NCBI GenBank assembly: GCA_951406725.2
Contig: OX597827.1
Coordinates: 55,180,001-55,244,000 of the forward strand
From: Octopus vulgaris
Lineage: Eukaryota
DNA: 64,000 nucleotides
Reading direction: 5' to 3'
Shown here piece after piece: positions 13,922 through 27,304 of the stretch (position 1 is the stretch's first letter; every line of letters starts with the position of its first letter). The notes beneath the pieces are model-generated. The model saw only the letters and a program-made list of their open reading frames with translations. It was not told the origin of the DNA and ran no database searches. The position numbers and the translations under genes were made by a program.

Positions 13922-15928
13922 ACCAGTCATATCCAGCACAAATATTCTACCTGTTTGTTGTTCAAAGGCCAGATCAAGTCTCTGACACCTGTCCTACAAT
14001 ATCTTTCTAAAAATAAAACAATCATATGATCAAAATCCCCAAACCATGAGATAATGCATGATTAATTAATTCAAAAGAATGTGAAAATAAGCTTTACATT
14101 TGACAGAAAAATCTGAATGCTAAACTGTTAATTTTATTGTTTGTTTCAATTTTGCAAAAGGGTAACAAAATTGAAAAATATATTTTCTGACATAAAATAA
14201 ATTTCATTTTTTTTTTCAAAATGAAACAAAACTAACAGTAAGATGGAAAATAATATTTATTTTTGTAAACTTCCACTTCACTTATATTTGAAAAGTTTAC
14301 TTCTTTTTTTAATTGCAAAATCTTTGATCAGATCCTCAAAATTATTCTTACATAATTCTGTTCTTATATTTAGTAAAGATAAGGCATCTTGAATATTATT
14401 TCAGCAAGTTTTAAAATGATTTCTTTTGTACCATAAGCCATTTACCATTTCTGTGTGCCTCCTTCCCTTGATGCACTAAGCACGTGCTTATATTGCTTCT
14501 TGGGTAATCCAGCTCTGACAAACACAAACATTTTTTCTCATTTTCTATGACAACTGGTGAACAATATTATCATTAATTACAGGTTTGCAATAGATGAATC
14601 ACCATTTTATGGTATTTCTACCATGAATCATTACAGAAAAATATTCTTAAGAATATTCTTGAAGAGCAACAGTTTTTCAGTTTTCTCATCCTTTAGTTCA
14701 CTTACGTTTGCTTGTGACGGATGTATACATACAAGTGTGTGCGTGTGTTTGTATATTATATATATATATATAAATATTACAAAGGTACGGATGTATATAT
14801 ATATATATACACACATATACATATATACATCTGTACCTTTGTAATATTTATTAATTTTACAGGTGTTAGAGTATTCTATATCTGCAAGATTTGGTGTTCT
14901 TACTCTATAACAGCAGTTTTGCCTGTTCTGGAATATAAAGTTTCTATGTCAAGAGTTTTAATGAGTAAAACATCTTAGTTGTCTTCTAAACTCAAAGGAA
15001 GGAGTTATCCAAATATGCAACAAAACAGTAGCAGTCTTATTACATTGTAACTTTAATCAGCTCAGATCTAGCAGGCCTGTAGTTAGTCAGTGAAAAGATT
15101 AGGTACAATGCACAGATCCAGGGCTCCAGATATGACACATTTCAGCCCAATTAAGAACCACACTGCACATTCCACCATCCTGTAGCTTATTATATATGGT
15201 GCATATCAGATGTTCTTTAGTGTCCTGTTTGCCTGTATGCTTGTAGTTTTGTATTGCACTTGCTGGTGAATTGAAAAATAACTGATTCTACTCAGTTATT
15301 TTTCAATAGAATGCAAAATTGCAGAAAAAACAGATGTTACCCAAAATAAAAAGAAGAAATACACTGTAATCGTCGTCGTCGTCATCATCCTCCAACATGC
15401 ATTTTCCATACTGGAATGGGCTGGACGGTTTGGTCTGATTTGCTTGGATTCTATGGCTGGATGCCCTCCCTAACACCAACCACTTTACAGTGTATACTGG
15501 GTGCTTTTTAAGTGGAACCGACACTACAGTTAAAGTAAGAGAGACTGACTCGGTCACAATTCATTAGTTGCTGTTCTTTTATACATATTTCTGTAGTGAT
15601 GTGCATCTCAGCACAATATTAGGGGGTAATGACTTTTTTTGTATCATTGCAATGTTGAGTGTATGAGTTTTTGAATTCATTTAACCATAACAAAACAAAG
15701 ACAGTGCTTTTATGATGGCATTGTAGGTGTGTCTAAATTTTGAGGGTAATTGAACATTTAATGTCAAAGACATCAAATTTTAGCACTTGCACTCCTTCTT
15801 CCTAGTAGTATTTGATTTGGAGTATTTTGGATGCAACGTGCAACCTGATATGAAGTATATGCTTTTTTTTCTTTGTTGTGGCTGTTGTTGTCCAATCCAA
15901 AGTCATCCTTGATCAATCATACCTATGA

Positions 15929-16104
15929 TTAACCCCTTAGCATTCAAACCCATCATATCCAGCCCAAGTATCCTACCCTACAATGTCATTCTAAAACTAA
16001 ACAATCTCATCATAAAAATCTCAAAGCTATAAGATAACACATGATTAATTCAAAACAATATGAATAAATAATTTGAGTGAGTAATCTCAATGCTGAAGGG
16101 TTAA
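15929..16104 (+). mobile_element. piggyBac-type MITE, family 2
   Basis: TTAA-ccccttagcatt ... aatgctgaaggg-TTAA; related sequence at 13921-14131 and about 60015-60200. Confidence 0.8.
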
Positions 16105-16837
16105 GGGCATTTCTGCATTAAATATCTTTTACCTTTCCCAACACAGTCCTTCTATGATCACATTATACAATGTATCCTCCTCTAAGATGATAAAGTGGGA
16201 TTTGTATAAGATTTGGTTACTATTTCTAGCATATTGAGCATGGAAGCTTCCTATGATTTTTGTAGTTTGCAGTGAAAAGATCTGGAAATGGTACAGATAA
16301 AACAAGCATTTAATGGATCTAATATATCATTTCTACACTGGTGTTGTTTTTATTTATTGTTTCTTTTCCTTTTGCATTAGCTAAATGTACTTCCTGTGAG
16401 TGCTTTTAAAATGTTTGTGTAGGATTTCACCTTTTCTATGATCAATCCAACAATTATACTTTCAACCAGCAGAGTTTGGTCAAGCTCACACAAGAACTTC
16501 TCTGAACTTGCCGAATCACTAATCAATAATTCTTGATTTATTAAATTTATCTCTGCCTCTAGAGGATGTGTCATAATTACCAAAATGATAATGAAGACCA
16601 GCTCCATTTGAGAGGAGAAAGATAATCTCAAGATTCAAGAACTCTCTGAAACTGATATGCCGTTAAGGAAAAGGACAAGCTTATTGTCTGGAGATAAGAG
16701 GATAGTCATGAACATATTTCTGATTCCATAACCATCACCAGCATGACAATTTTCCAACCTAATTTCCAGTAGCCAAAGGATTTAGACTTCTGTAAAACAG
16801 AGAAAAAGACATTTACAGCCTAGGTAATTTGCATAAT

Positions 16838-17072
16838 TTAACCCTTTCATTACCAACCCGGCTGAAACTGGCTCTGGCTCTGGCTCTGTAGTACAAATGT
16901 CTTGTTTTCATAAGTTTTACATTAAAATATACCACCAAACCTTAGTCACAATTTATGCTCCTAACACTAGCTTAATGACAACTAAGTTATTTTACTAAAT
17001 TCTTTGTTATATTTAAAGTAATTGAAAGAAACACAGAGCATCTCAAAATAAATACAGTAACAAAAGGGTTAA
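16838..17072 (+). mobile_element. piggyBac-type MITE, family 1
   Basis: TTAA-ccctttcattac ... gtaacaaaaggg-TTAA. Confidence 0.88.
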
Positions 17073-18149
17073 ACAAAGTATGGTAAGAGAACTAACTCAA
17101 AATAGCCAATGCTCATATGCAACATTTTCCCCACACTGTATTATATGTAGATATCTACTCATATCCATTTATCACTATATCTGTACACTCACTCCTTTTG
17201 AGCATATCTACAACATTCACTATTTTTAGATATACTGTAATACATTCGTCCATTTGGTGTATAATCCTTGATGTTGGAAATGAAGCTTCCTATCATATGG
17301 ACAGTTTATTAAAGTCAGCATAATGTGTCACAACTACTTTGATATATTTAGAGAACATGAATGAAACTATTTTAACTTAATCATGCATTTTTGTTTATTT
17401 TCTTCAGAATTTACAATTCTCAATGAATCCAAGACAACACTGAAGTGACAATAGTACTTTAATACTAGTACCAACGGCTATTTTTATCCATTTCTTCATT
17501 TAATGTCAACCTAAATTTTAACCCCCTTGGAATGAAGGAACAAAATAAGAGAATGACTGAATGAATGAATACCATTCTGTATACTTCTTAACAACGTCAC
17601 TATTCTTATCAAGTGAGAACTGTACATACACATGGACACACACACACATAAAATAGGTATACAATACACACAGCTATTGAAAAAAAGGGGAAACAGTATT
17701 GACTGAGCACAATAAAGAATGTCACATTTATGAAACATTAGTATTGCTCTTTATATCTTGAAGTGAAAATTTTCATGAAAGCTGAACATTGGTTTCTGTA
17801 TTTTATTTTTGTTGATTATAGTTGTCCTTAACAAAATTATAATAATGATTCAGTGATACAGTTTGAGGTACTTCTCATAGCATCAAAAATTGAGTAGGAA
17901 AGAAAACAAAGATAGCAACAAATCACTTGTGTTAAGATTCCTTTTAGAGCAAAAAGTCTTAAAGAAATGCTAGAAACTTCAGAATTTAGTCTTGTATCTT
18001 TGGATCTACAATTCAAATCCTACCAGATACACTTTCCTTTATCCATACTAAGTTGATAAAATAACTAGCAATCAAATATGGTCACTTTATATGACTGTAT
18101 CTAGAGCCTCCTTCAGTCATGGTGATGTGTTTAATCACGAATCTCCTCG

Positions 18150-18312
18150 ACCCTCTTTTAATTTTGAGCCTCCTTTAATCTTGAGCCTCCTTTAATCTTG
18201 AGCTTCCTTTAATCTTGAGCCTCTTTTAACATTGAGTCTCATTTCATCTTGAGCCTCCTTTAATTTTGAGCCGCCTTTTATCTCAAACCTCCTTTAATCT
18301 TGAGCTTCCTTC
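18150..18312. repeat. 17-bp minisatellite ttgagcctcctttaatc, about 9 units
   Basis: Directly visible degenerate tandem array, embedded in a repeat related to about 60205-60355. Confidence 0.9.
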
Positions 18313-20361
18313 TATCATGGCTTATCATGGGTTTCTGTATCTCAAGGTAGGCCTGGGTAAGATTCTTTGTGTGTGTGTGTGTGGAAGACTAAAAGCTGCT
18401 CATGTCAGCAAGTCTCCTTTCTCCATGCTTCTGATGATGTTCAAAGGAAAGGCAATCTGATTTAGCAAGGTTTCTACAGCTTGATGCCCTTCCTAATGCC
18501 AACCACTCCAAGAGTAGTGGGTGCTTTTTATGTGCCACTGGTACAAGAGCCAGTCAGGCAGCACTGGCATCGACCATGTTCAGATGGTGCAACTGGCATG
18601 GGGAGCCAGTCAGGTGGCACTGGCATTGGCCATGAATACAATTTTGATTTTACTTAACTCAAAATAGGTTTTCTCAAGCACAGCGCATTGCCCAATGATT
18701 CTGGGGTACTTTTAAATGGGTTGGTTATGTGACACTGGTACTGGCCCTGGCTGCGATCTCACTTTACTTGCCAGGTCATTGGCTTTGATTTCGATTTCTG
18801 TATCTAGACAATATAAATACTATGTTCCAGGGTGAACTTCTTTAGTTCTTATTATCATCATTTTAACTTTTTATGCTCTGTTTTCAAAATGCACTTAGAT
18901 CAACTTTGCCTCTCATTCTTTCAGGACCAATGAAGAAAGTACCAGTTCAGTTCTTGGGTTAATTTTTCTTTGCTCCTCACCACACACACATGCACACACA
19001 CACACACACACACACAACTACCACTATTTCCTCTTGGTAAAGTGAATTTTATAAACTGAATATCATTAAAATCCTTAAAACTATCAACAGCAACAGCAGC
19101 AGTGACAGCAACAGTGGTGGCAGCAGCAGCAGTAGCGACAGTAGTGGTAGCAGCAGCTGCAGCAGCAACAGTAGCAGCAGCTGTCATCAGGTAATCTCCA
19201 CATGTTTGAACTCAATTAGGGCCTTAGAACTCAAAAGGGCCTTAGCCTCAATTAAGGCAGCTATGTGAAGCTGCTGGAGACTGTGATCAATCTCTGGCTA
19301 GAGAGGGTTGCTACTGGAAGGACATATGGTGTAACAGCAGGATTTGGTTCCTTGCCATACTGCTTTCTTGTTCCTATATATGGAGTGATTAGTTCCTCAA
19401 CCATTTACTACCCACAAAAATTAAGAGATAAACACTTGATCAGTGGATCAGATCACACAAGTCCATCATAGAATAGACATATGTATTGCTTTTTAATATC
19501 ACTTGTTCTTTGAGGACAGTGAGCTGGTAGAACTGGACAGTGAGCTGGTAGAACTGTTAGCACACTGGACACAGTGTTTAACAGCATTTCATTCATTTTT
19601 ATGTACTGAGTTCATATTCTGCCGAGATCAACTTTGTCTTTCATTCTTTCGGGGTTGATAAAATAAGTACCAGCTGATCGCTGGGTTGATGTAATTGATT
19701 TATCTCACCCCCTACCCAGGAATTACTGACTTTCTGCCAAAATTTCAAACCAATATTTATTCGTTGTTTGAAGTAGAATATCTGCCACTCATCTATTTAA
19801 CTCAAATAAAATTGGATTAGATACAATAGATTCCATGTTCAAGAGAAATGTATAAAAATGCCAAAATTTTTGGTTTCATTTCTTTAAAATGGTGCCAAAT
19901 TAACAAAAAAAAAATACAGTGTTTGATTGAACAACTGAAAGTAGGGTAGGTCAACCTTGGTTGGCAAATGAAATAAGTGCAATAAACTATGAGCTGCTAT
20001 GACAGAAGATTGTTTAGATTTAATATATAAACAGATTATACAAGAAGAAATAAGTGAGTTCTTTGTTTACCATTCATTTTGTAAAGGGGTTTGTGAAACA
20101 GCTTCAGAATGTCTTGAGATATTATTAAAATATCTTTACATCTTTATTTACATTTCAGTAACTCAACTAAAAGTTAAATGAGCAAAATGTTGTTTTCTTT
20201 TTCATAGGAAAAAATGTTGTTGTGATAACATTCCATCTCATCTTCACAAAAAGTTGGTTCATGTGATGTGGATAGCAAATACAGTTAGTATTGTAAATAT
20301 AGCATTCCTTATGTGGACAGACTTTAGCAAAGCCAATATTTTCTTTCAAATGTAAGATGCA

Positions 20362-20392
<31 letters not shown>

Positions 20393-20754
20393 CTATTGCT
20401 CTCTTTATCTTACTCTCTAACTCACTCTTCTTTCTCATCCAACAGGGGTGTACATGCATCTACTCTTTCAGCAAGACACCTATCCCAACCCCTCAACACC
20501 TTGAATCTCTCATCAGCTGGGACAAAGCCACCACCCATCAATACTACTCGACCCTCCCAGCCAAGGGGCTTTTTGTCTTGCAAGATACATGACAACTCTG
20601 TTAGTACATTATTTACGTTTGATGGATATTTGTCCTCATCTTGTTTATTGTTAACACAATGTTTTGTGTGACACCGGTATCTGCCACAACTGTGATTTTG
20701 CTTGGCTTGATGGGTCTTCTCAAGCACGAGATAATGCCAAAGGTTTTGGTCATT

Positions 20755-20981
20755 GCCTCTGTGGGGCCCAACACTCAAAAGGAGCTCAGCCACCTTGCCT
20801 CCATGAAGCCCACTCAAAAGGAACTCAGCCACCTCACCTCACCTCCATGAGGTCCAACATTCGAAAAGAACTCAGCAACTTTGCCTCCATGAGGCCTAAT
20901 GCTCAAAAGGAATTCAGTGACTACACCTCCATGCGGCTCAACACTCAAAAGGTACTCAGCCACTTTACTTCCATGAGGTCC
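20755..20981. repeat. 42-bp minisatellite, about 5.5 units
   Basis: Unit approximately gcctccatgaggcccaacactcaaaaggaactcagccacttt; a related cctccatgaggctca motif lies inside the family E element at about 3227. Confidence 0.85.
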
Positions 20982-21655
20982 ATGAGAATTCATATGATTA
21001 TGAAAAAGAACTTTTTTTAAAATTTTCTTTTTAAAATCTGAGTTTAAAATAATCTGAATTTTTTACTTAAATCCCAGCAATAGGCCATCAAGTGTGTTTA
21101 TGGGAAGAAAGATATTGAAAAACATTAAGACATCAGAGTGATAAAGAAATGAGGAGGGGTAACAGGTGGTTGCGAGATGTGCTAAAAATAATAGCTAAAT
21201 AGTGCTTAAATCACACACATGTTTTTGCGTAATTATATGAATGCCTGTGTGTAGAACACATATTTGTAAAAGATTTTCTGAATATTCCCAAAAATGAAAA
21301 AAAGTTATGCAGGGTTATATGAAGTGCTTAAACCAGAATTCCACCACCCCCACCAAAAAAAAAAAAAAAATAGTGGAGCATATTGTTGTAATAATATCAG
21401 TCACATACCTCTTTAACTGACACTTGTGGTGCAGGAAGAATCATGATTTCTTTGAATATATTTAGTTTTCCTGAGGTTAATTTACCACAATGCATTAGGG
21501 TTACCATAGGAATCGGTAGACGATATTTAAAATCCACCTGAAGATATAAAAACATTAATTAATTATACAAATAAATACAAGAATCATTTTCAATCTGAAA
21601 TTCCAGGAAAAAAAATCATGAGTATAGAGCCCAGTGGTCAGGAGGTGACCACTAC

Positions 21656-21948
21656 TTCTGGTCAAGTAGCCCATCCCTCTCAAAAAGTCCCTAAATAAGG
21701 ATTGTTTAAGAATGTTGAACGAACCACTCATGTTTCCAAAAGTGAATAATCCAAACCTCCAAGAATTCCTTTTAACACATGGCTATGATGCTCCCCCACT
21801 ACTTCTGCTCGTGATCAGAGATGCATATATCGTCAGCCACTAAGGGACATGCTCAACTGGTTACGGTCAAACAACTGACAAGCAAATCTGTGGTATTGAG
21901 CAGAATATTTGCTGTAGCCCATCTTTTATACCAAGACAAAACAATGTA

Positions 21949-21950
<2 letters not shown>
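21656..21950 (-). mobile_element. Truncated copy of the (TAA)n-associated element at 45909-46467
   Basis: Reverse-complement match (ttttgtcttggtataaaagatgggct...gagcatgtcccttagtggctgac...); abuts (TTA)n. Confidence 0.8.
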
Positions 21951-21999
<49 letters not shown>

Positions 22000-22480
22000 T
22001 GAGGTGGCAAGCTGGCAGAATCATTAACATGCTGGACAAAATGTTTAGCAGTATTTCCGTTGCTGTGTTCTGAGCTCAAATTCCACCAAGGTAACTTTGT
22101 TTTTCATCCTTTCAGAGTTGATAAATCAAGTACCAGTGAAACATTGGGGTCAATGTAATCGATTAATCCCCTCTCTCCTCTTGTTCTGCTTAATCTATTT
22201 TGTCTTTCTATGGTATGTATCCTTATCTACGCAGTCATTTGTGTGCATGTATGTGTTGCATGTGTGTGTTTTGTGTGTGTGTATATGAGTTTGCTTACTA
22301 CACTGTTTGTACCCGTGTCTTCTATTTAGTTATTTTATTTATTTGGTTATTTTCTTATTTATTTGTTTTTTTCTTTTTCATTTGGTCTTTAGTATGTGTA
22401 CATGTAGAGGAAACACATGGGGTAAAAGAGTCATTGAAGCAGTCACAGGGTATGTGACAAAGCTTTGACAAAGAAACTAA

Positions 22481-22535
<55 letters not shown>

Positions 22536-22539
<4 letters not shown>

Positions 22540-23008
22540 AAGACCAAAACAATAAAGTTTGCTTGTTGATCGACATGAGCATCCCCTGTGATCATAATAT
22601 CTCGGCGAAAGAGTTTGACAAGCTCAGAAAATATAAAGACCTGCTCATTGAAATTGAGAAAATGTGGCATCTCAAGGCGGTTACAATACCAGTGATCGTA
22701 GGAGGGATCAAGAAGGGAACTGAAAATTATATGAGAATGATCCCTGGCTTACCATCCCTGCAAGAAGTGCAAAAGATTGTCTTAACTGGTACATCACACG
22801 TATTGAGAAGAGCATTGTCGATGTGAGAACTATTACTACCCATGTATTTTAATTTAACTTAAAAAAAAAAATTTTTTTAAATGAACGAACTAGTGAGTTT
22901 AGTTTAATGGCCTACCAATGTATACTATGAGTTTCTTTGCCCTAGGAGTCGGGAAGACACTCAGCAAGAAATGGAAGCAAATTTGAAAGAAGAAGAAACA
23001 AAAAAAAA
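22536..23008 (+). mobile_element. 5'-truncated R4/Dong-like non-LTR retrotransposon (restriction-like endonuclease end plus 3'UTR)
   Basis: Open frame KDQNNKVCLLIDMSIPCDHNISAKEFDKLRKYKDLLIEIEKMWHLKAVTIPVIVG...LQEVQKIVLTGTSHVLRRALSM* matches the R4-clade RLE C-terminus; A-rich tail; (TAA)n on both sides. Confidence 0.88.
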
Positions 23009-23932
23009 TAATAATAATAATAAAACTGAAATGAAAACCAAGTATATAGTGTGTGCATTTAATTGCCAAAATATGACCATCCCCAAGTATAACATCTTTT
23101 TCCTATTTATGTGTATCTTTTTCAATGTTATTTAAATTAACATGAAAAATATGGTATCATAGTGTTTATAGGATTTTAGGAATTTTTTTTTTGAGCTCTA
23201 TTGTTCTTTTGCTTACTGTTTTTGAATTTTGAATAAATTTTACCTCATTGACAATGGAGTGCCAATTACAAAAAAAAAAGAAAGAAAAAGAAAAATAAAG
23301 AAAAAAGAAACAAATTTATTTGACAGCCCTATACATGTACAATCCTCTCGCGCCAGTCCATTAATGAAATAGATATATAGAGGCCTCTTCACACTGACAC
23401 TAACTTTACCATGTGTAAATGATGGGTTGAAACTTCTGAAAGTATGATTCTTCACATAATATGATCTTTTGTTATGTAGTTTTTACCAAGGTGAAGTATT
23501 TTCTTATCACTTATCTACTTGACTCTCTGTTTATGACATGCAAATCTCTTGTGGAATTTGGAAAATTAGGTTTTGCTTTTCATTTGTCATAAATTGCTAT
23601 CAACAAACTATATTCTGTCTGTTTCCACTGAAAGAAATGGTAGCGTACTTCAAGAGTATTTACCACTGTTGTGAGCACATTAATTGCTGTTATCTTTACA
23701 GTCGAGATAAGGTAATTGTAGAAGACATCGGTAATATAAATTGTCATTTGAGAAGTACAACCATAACAGAAATCATGTTAGTTTTTGACAATGATAAGCT
23801 ATTTCTCTGTGTCCTCTGTGTGTGTGTGAATGTAAGTATATGCATGTGTGTGTACGTGTATGCATGAGTGTATCTTCATACATATCAATATATGTATATA
23901 TATATACATATGCATACAAGAATAGATATATA

Positions 23933-23968
<36 letters not shown>

Positions 23969-26034
23969 TAGATAGATAGATAGATATAGATATAGATAGA
24001 TATAGATATATATACATATATATAAGTGTATGTGCCCATATACACACATATATATATCCATATGTACATATACATTCTTACAAACATATATATGTGTATT
24101 CATACTCATATTTATTCATACACACAGACTCACACGTACATATTTAAACACCACACACACACACCTCATATCCATACACATTGCACACTGTTAACCACTG
24201 AAAATTAATCCAGTTTCAACATCAAGACATGTTGAAGTGAGTTATTTAAGATAACAGACAATATACCAAGTTGTGTTCATCAACAGAGAAAAGCAACATA
24301 TAACAAGGCAAGCAAAAATCTTACATTTGAAAGAGATTGGATGTAGGCTGCATGGTCTAGATTGCTTCTCCTTTTTTGTGCTGCGTGTTTATATTTACTT
24401 CAGAAAGAGTGCATTGCATCTCTAATAATCTTTATGTAGAAGAAAGAAGAGCTAAGAATGTGTTTGTGTTGAGTTGAGTAAGTGCTGTTTATATTTTCTT
24501 GTAAGAAAATTAGTATTGTAGCAAGAGAGTGTTGTTACTGTGGAGGTGTACGGCTTAGTGGTTAGGGTAATTAGCTCACAATCATAAGATGGTGAGTTTG
24601 ATTCCAGATGATACATTGTAGGCATAGGAGTGGCTGTGTGGTAAGTAGCTTGCTTACGAACCACATGGTTCCGGGTTCAGTCCCACTGCATGGCACCTTG
24701 GGCAAGTGTCTTCTACTATAGCCTCAGACTGACCAAAGCCTTGGGAGTGGATTTGGTAGATGAAAACTGAAAGAAGCCCATCGTATGTGTGTGTGTGTGT
24801 GTGTCTGTGTTTGTCCCCCCCTCCAACATCGCTTGACAACCGATGCTGGTGTGTTTACGTCCCCATAACTTAGCGGTTCAGCAAATGAGACCAATAGAAT
24901 AAGTACTAGGCTTACAAAAAATAAGTCCTGGGGTGGATTTGCTCGACTAAAGGCGATGCTCCAGCATGGCCACAGTCAAATGACTGAAACATATTAAAGA
25001 GTACTCTTGAGAAAGATTCTTTATTTCTCACTGCTCCGGCCTTGTCACATTCTGCGTCATACTGAATCTCTCTGAGAACTAACTACATTAAGAGTATGCA
25101 TATCTGTGGAGTGTTCAGCCACTTGCATGTTAATTTCATGAGCAGGCTGTTCAATTGATCAGATCAACTGTAACCTTCATTGTCAGTCTTTAATTTCATT
25201 ACTTCAAATTCTGTATAGTTTTAAACACATTCCAGGGTTGAACTGCAATTGTTGTTGTCATTATTTAGCCTCAGGCAGGACATTGGATTAACAGAATTGG
25301 TAGAGTGATTTAAGGCGGCAAGCTGGCAGAAATGTTAGCACGCCGGGCGAAATGCTTATTGGAATTTCGTCTGCTGTTATGTTCTGAGTTCAAATTCCGC
25401 TGAGGTTGACTTTGCCTTTCATCCTTTCGGGGTCAATAAATTAAGTACCAGTTACGCACTGGGGTCGATGAAATCGACTTAATCTCTTTGTCTGTCCTTG
25501 TTTGTCCCCTCTATGTTTAGCCCCTTGTGGGCAATAAAGAAATAGGAATTGGTAGAGTGTTGGACAAAATGCTTTGTAACATTTAGTTTTGCTTCTTTAA
25601 GTTCTAAGTTCATATTCTGCCAAGATCAACTTTCCTCCTGGGTTAATGGTATCAACTAACCCCTTTCTTTCAAAAACTATTTTGGAGTTGATAAAATAAG
25701 TACCAGTTGAGCATTGTGGTTAATGTAATCAACTTACTCTCTCTCCCAAAATTGCTGGCCTTATGCCAAAATTTGAAACCAATATTTCCATTCACATTAT
25801 GTATGCATTAGTTTGATCTCTGATCATCATAAGAATATGTACACAGCACCAAGCTGGATTCAAACTAGTAACCTTTATTTCTAAACTAAGGCTGAATTTC
25901 TTCTCTAAATCTGCTGTAATTACTGCCAAAGGTGGCCATACCCCATATTAAAATAAATTTGTTTGAAATTTTAAGGTGTTTCCATTATTTTGTCCAAGCC
26001 CTGTATATATTCATATATACATACATATACATAA

Positions 26035-26079
<45 letters not shown>

Positions 26080-26255
26080 TGTGTGTACATGTATCAAAAC
26101 CATATATGCTAACTAGAATTTTATCATGCATGCCTCTTACATTGAAATTGTTTCAGCTTACATGCAGTTTGCTCAATATCTTCCCCATCATTACCACCAT
26201 CATCATCATTATCATCAACATGATATAAAACAAACAAAAGAACCTTTGGTTATAT

Positions 26256-26294
<39 letters not shown>

Positions 26295-26613
26295 TTTCTG
26301 TCTCCGTCTCTCTCTCTCTGTCACTGCATATCATTTTAAAATCAGTTGTAAAATGTCAGGAATTATTTAAATAAGTTCGTTAAGGTCAGGAAATCCACTA
26401 TAAATAATACAAGAGTGATTGTAAACACAGCATGAGAAATACCTCTCATAGGATACTTTCCTTAGTATTTAATCTGTGGTTCCTCACGCAGCAGTCCACC
26501 AAAACAGAATATGTATATAAATAAATTTTAAAACTTAAATTTTAAAAAGAAATAGTTGAAAATGAATCAGGAACTCACTAACTGAAAAAATACCCAAACT
26601 AAAATCATAGGAC

Positions 26614-26859
26614 CTCATTCCAGCAACGATTTCATCTCAATCGAAGGAGAGGGGCTTTCTCCGTCCGGGTTGCAGATCCATGGAATAAGCTGCCGGACGA
26701 GATAGTGAAGATGCCGACGACCGCTTGGTTCAAAGTCTCCCTTGACCACAAATGGCCTGAACTCTTTGCATGAACACCACCCTGTACATAACTCCATGTC
26801 CCCCTACATGGCCTTGCTGTTTGCTTTATGAGCCAAAAAATTAACTTAACTTAACTTAA
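26614..26859 (+). mobile_element. CR1-group LINE 3' end
   Basis: Frame reads FQQRFHLNRRRGAFSVRVADPWNKLPDEIVKMPTTAWFKVSLDHKWPELFA*, the CR1 ORF2 terminal FS.RV...WN.LP motif; short 3'UTR ends in (ttaac)n. Confidence 0.85.
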
Positions 26860-27056
26860 GCAATGAGATCCAGTAATAGATAGCTTTTACTAACTTTATA
26901 CAACATGTGTCTTAGTGGTTAATGCATTCAGCTCTCGATCATAAGGTCAAAGGTCATGAATTTAAATTCCGGTGGTGTGTTGTGGCCTTAAGCAAGATTC
27001 TTTATTTCACATTGCTCCAGTTCACTCAACTGGCAAAAACGAGTAGTAGTTCAATG

Positions 27057-27304
27057 AAGTTAGTTACCTTCTTGAGTCATACTGATTCAGGCCAGTTTCC
27101 CAGTTTCATGGCATATGTATTCCCCACCGGATGGAACGCTGGTTGATCAAAGGATTATTCATTCTTGTCAGCTGAGTGGACTGGAGCAATGTGAAATGAA
27201 GTGTTTTGCTCAAGAACACAACATGTTGCCTGGTCCAGGAATCAAAACCACAATCTTGTGATCATGAGTCCCATACCCAAACCACTAGGCCACCTGCCTC
27301 CACA
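27057..27304 (-). mobile_element. SINE inserted into a family B SINE
   Basis: 13-bp TSD tagtagttcaatg at 27044-27056 and 27305-27317; tRNA-like head at the right end. Confidence 0.8.

Noticed and set aside
16377-16790. Unique-looking segment with strong acceptors on both strands
   Set aside because: All frames close quickly and no protein is recognisable; it could be a non-coding exon but the sequence alone cannot support that.
18150-18312. Regular short repeats resembling a CRISPR array (also 20755-20981)
   Set aside because: Head-to-tail tandem units with no unique spacers, no cas genes and a eukaryotic context.
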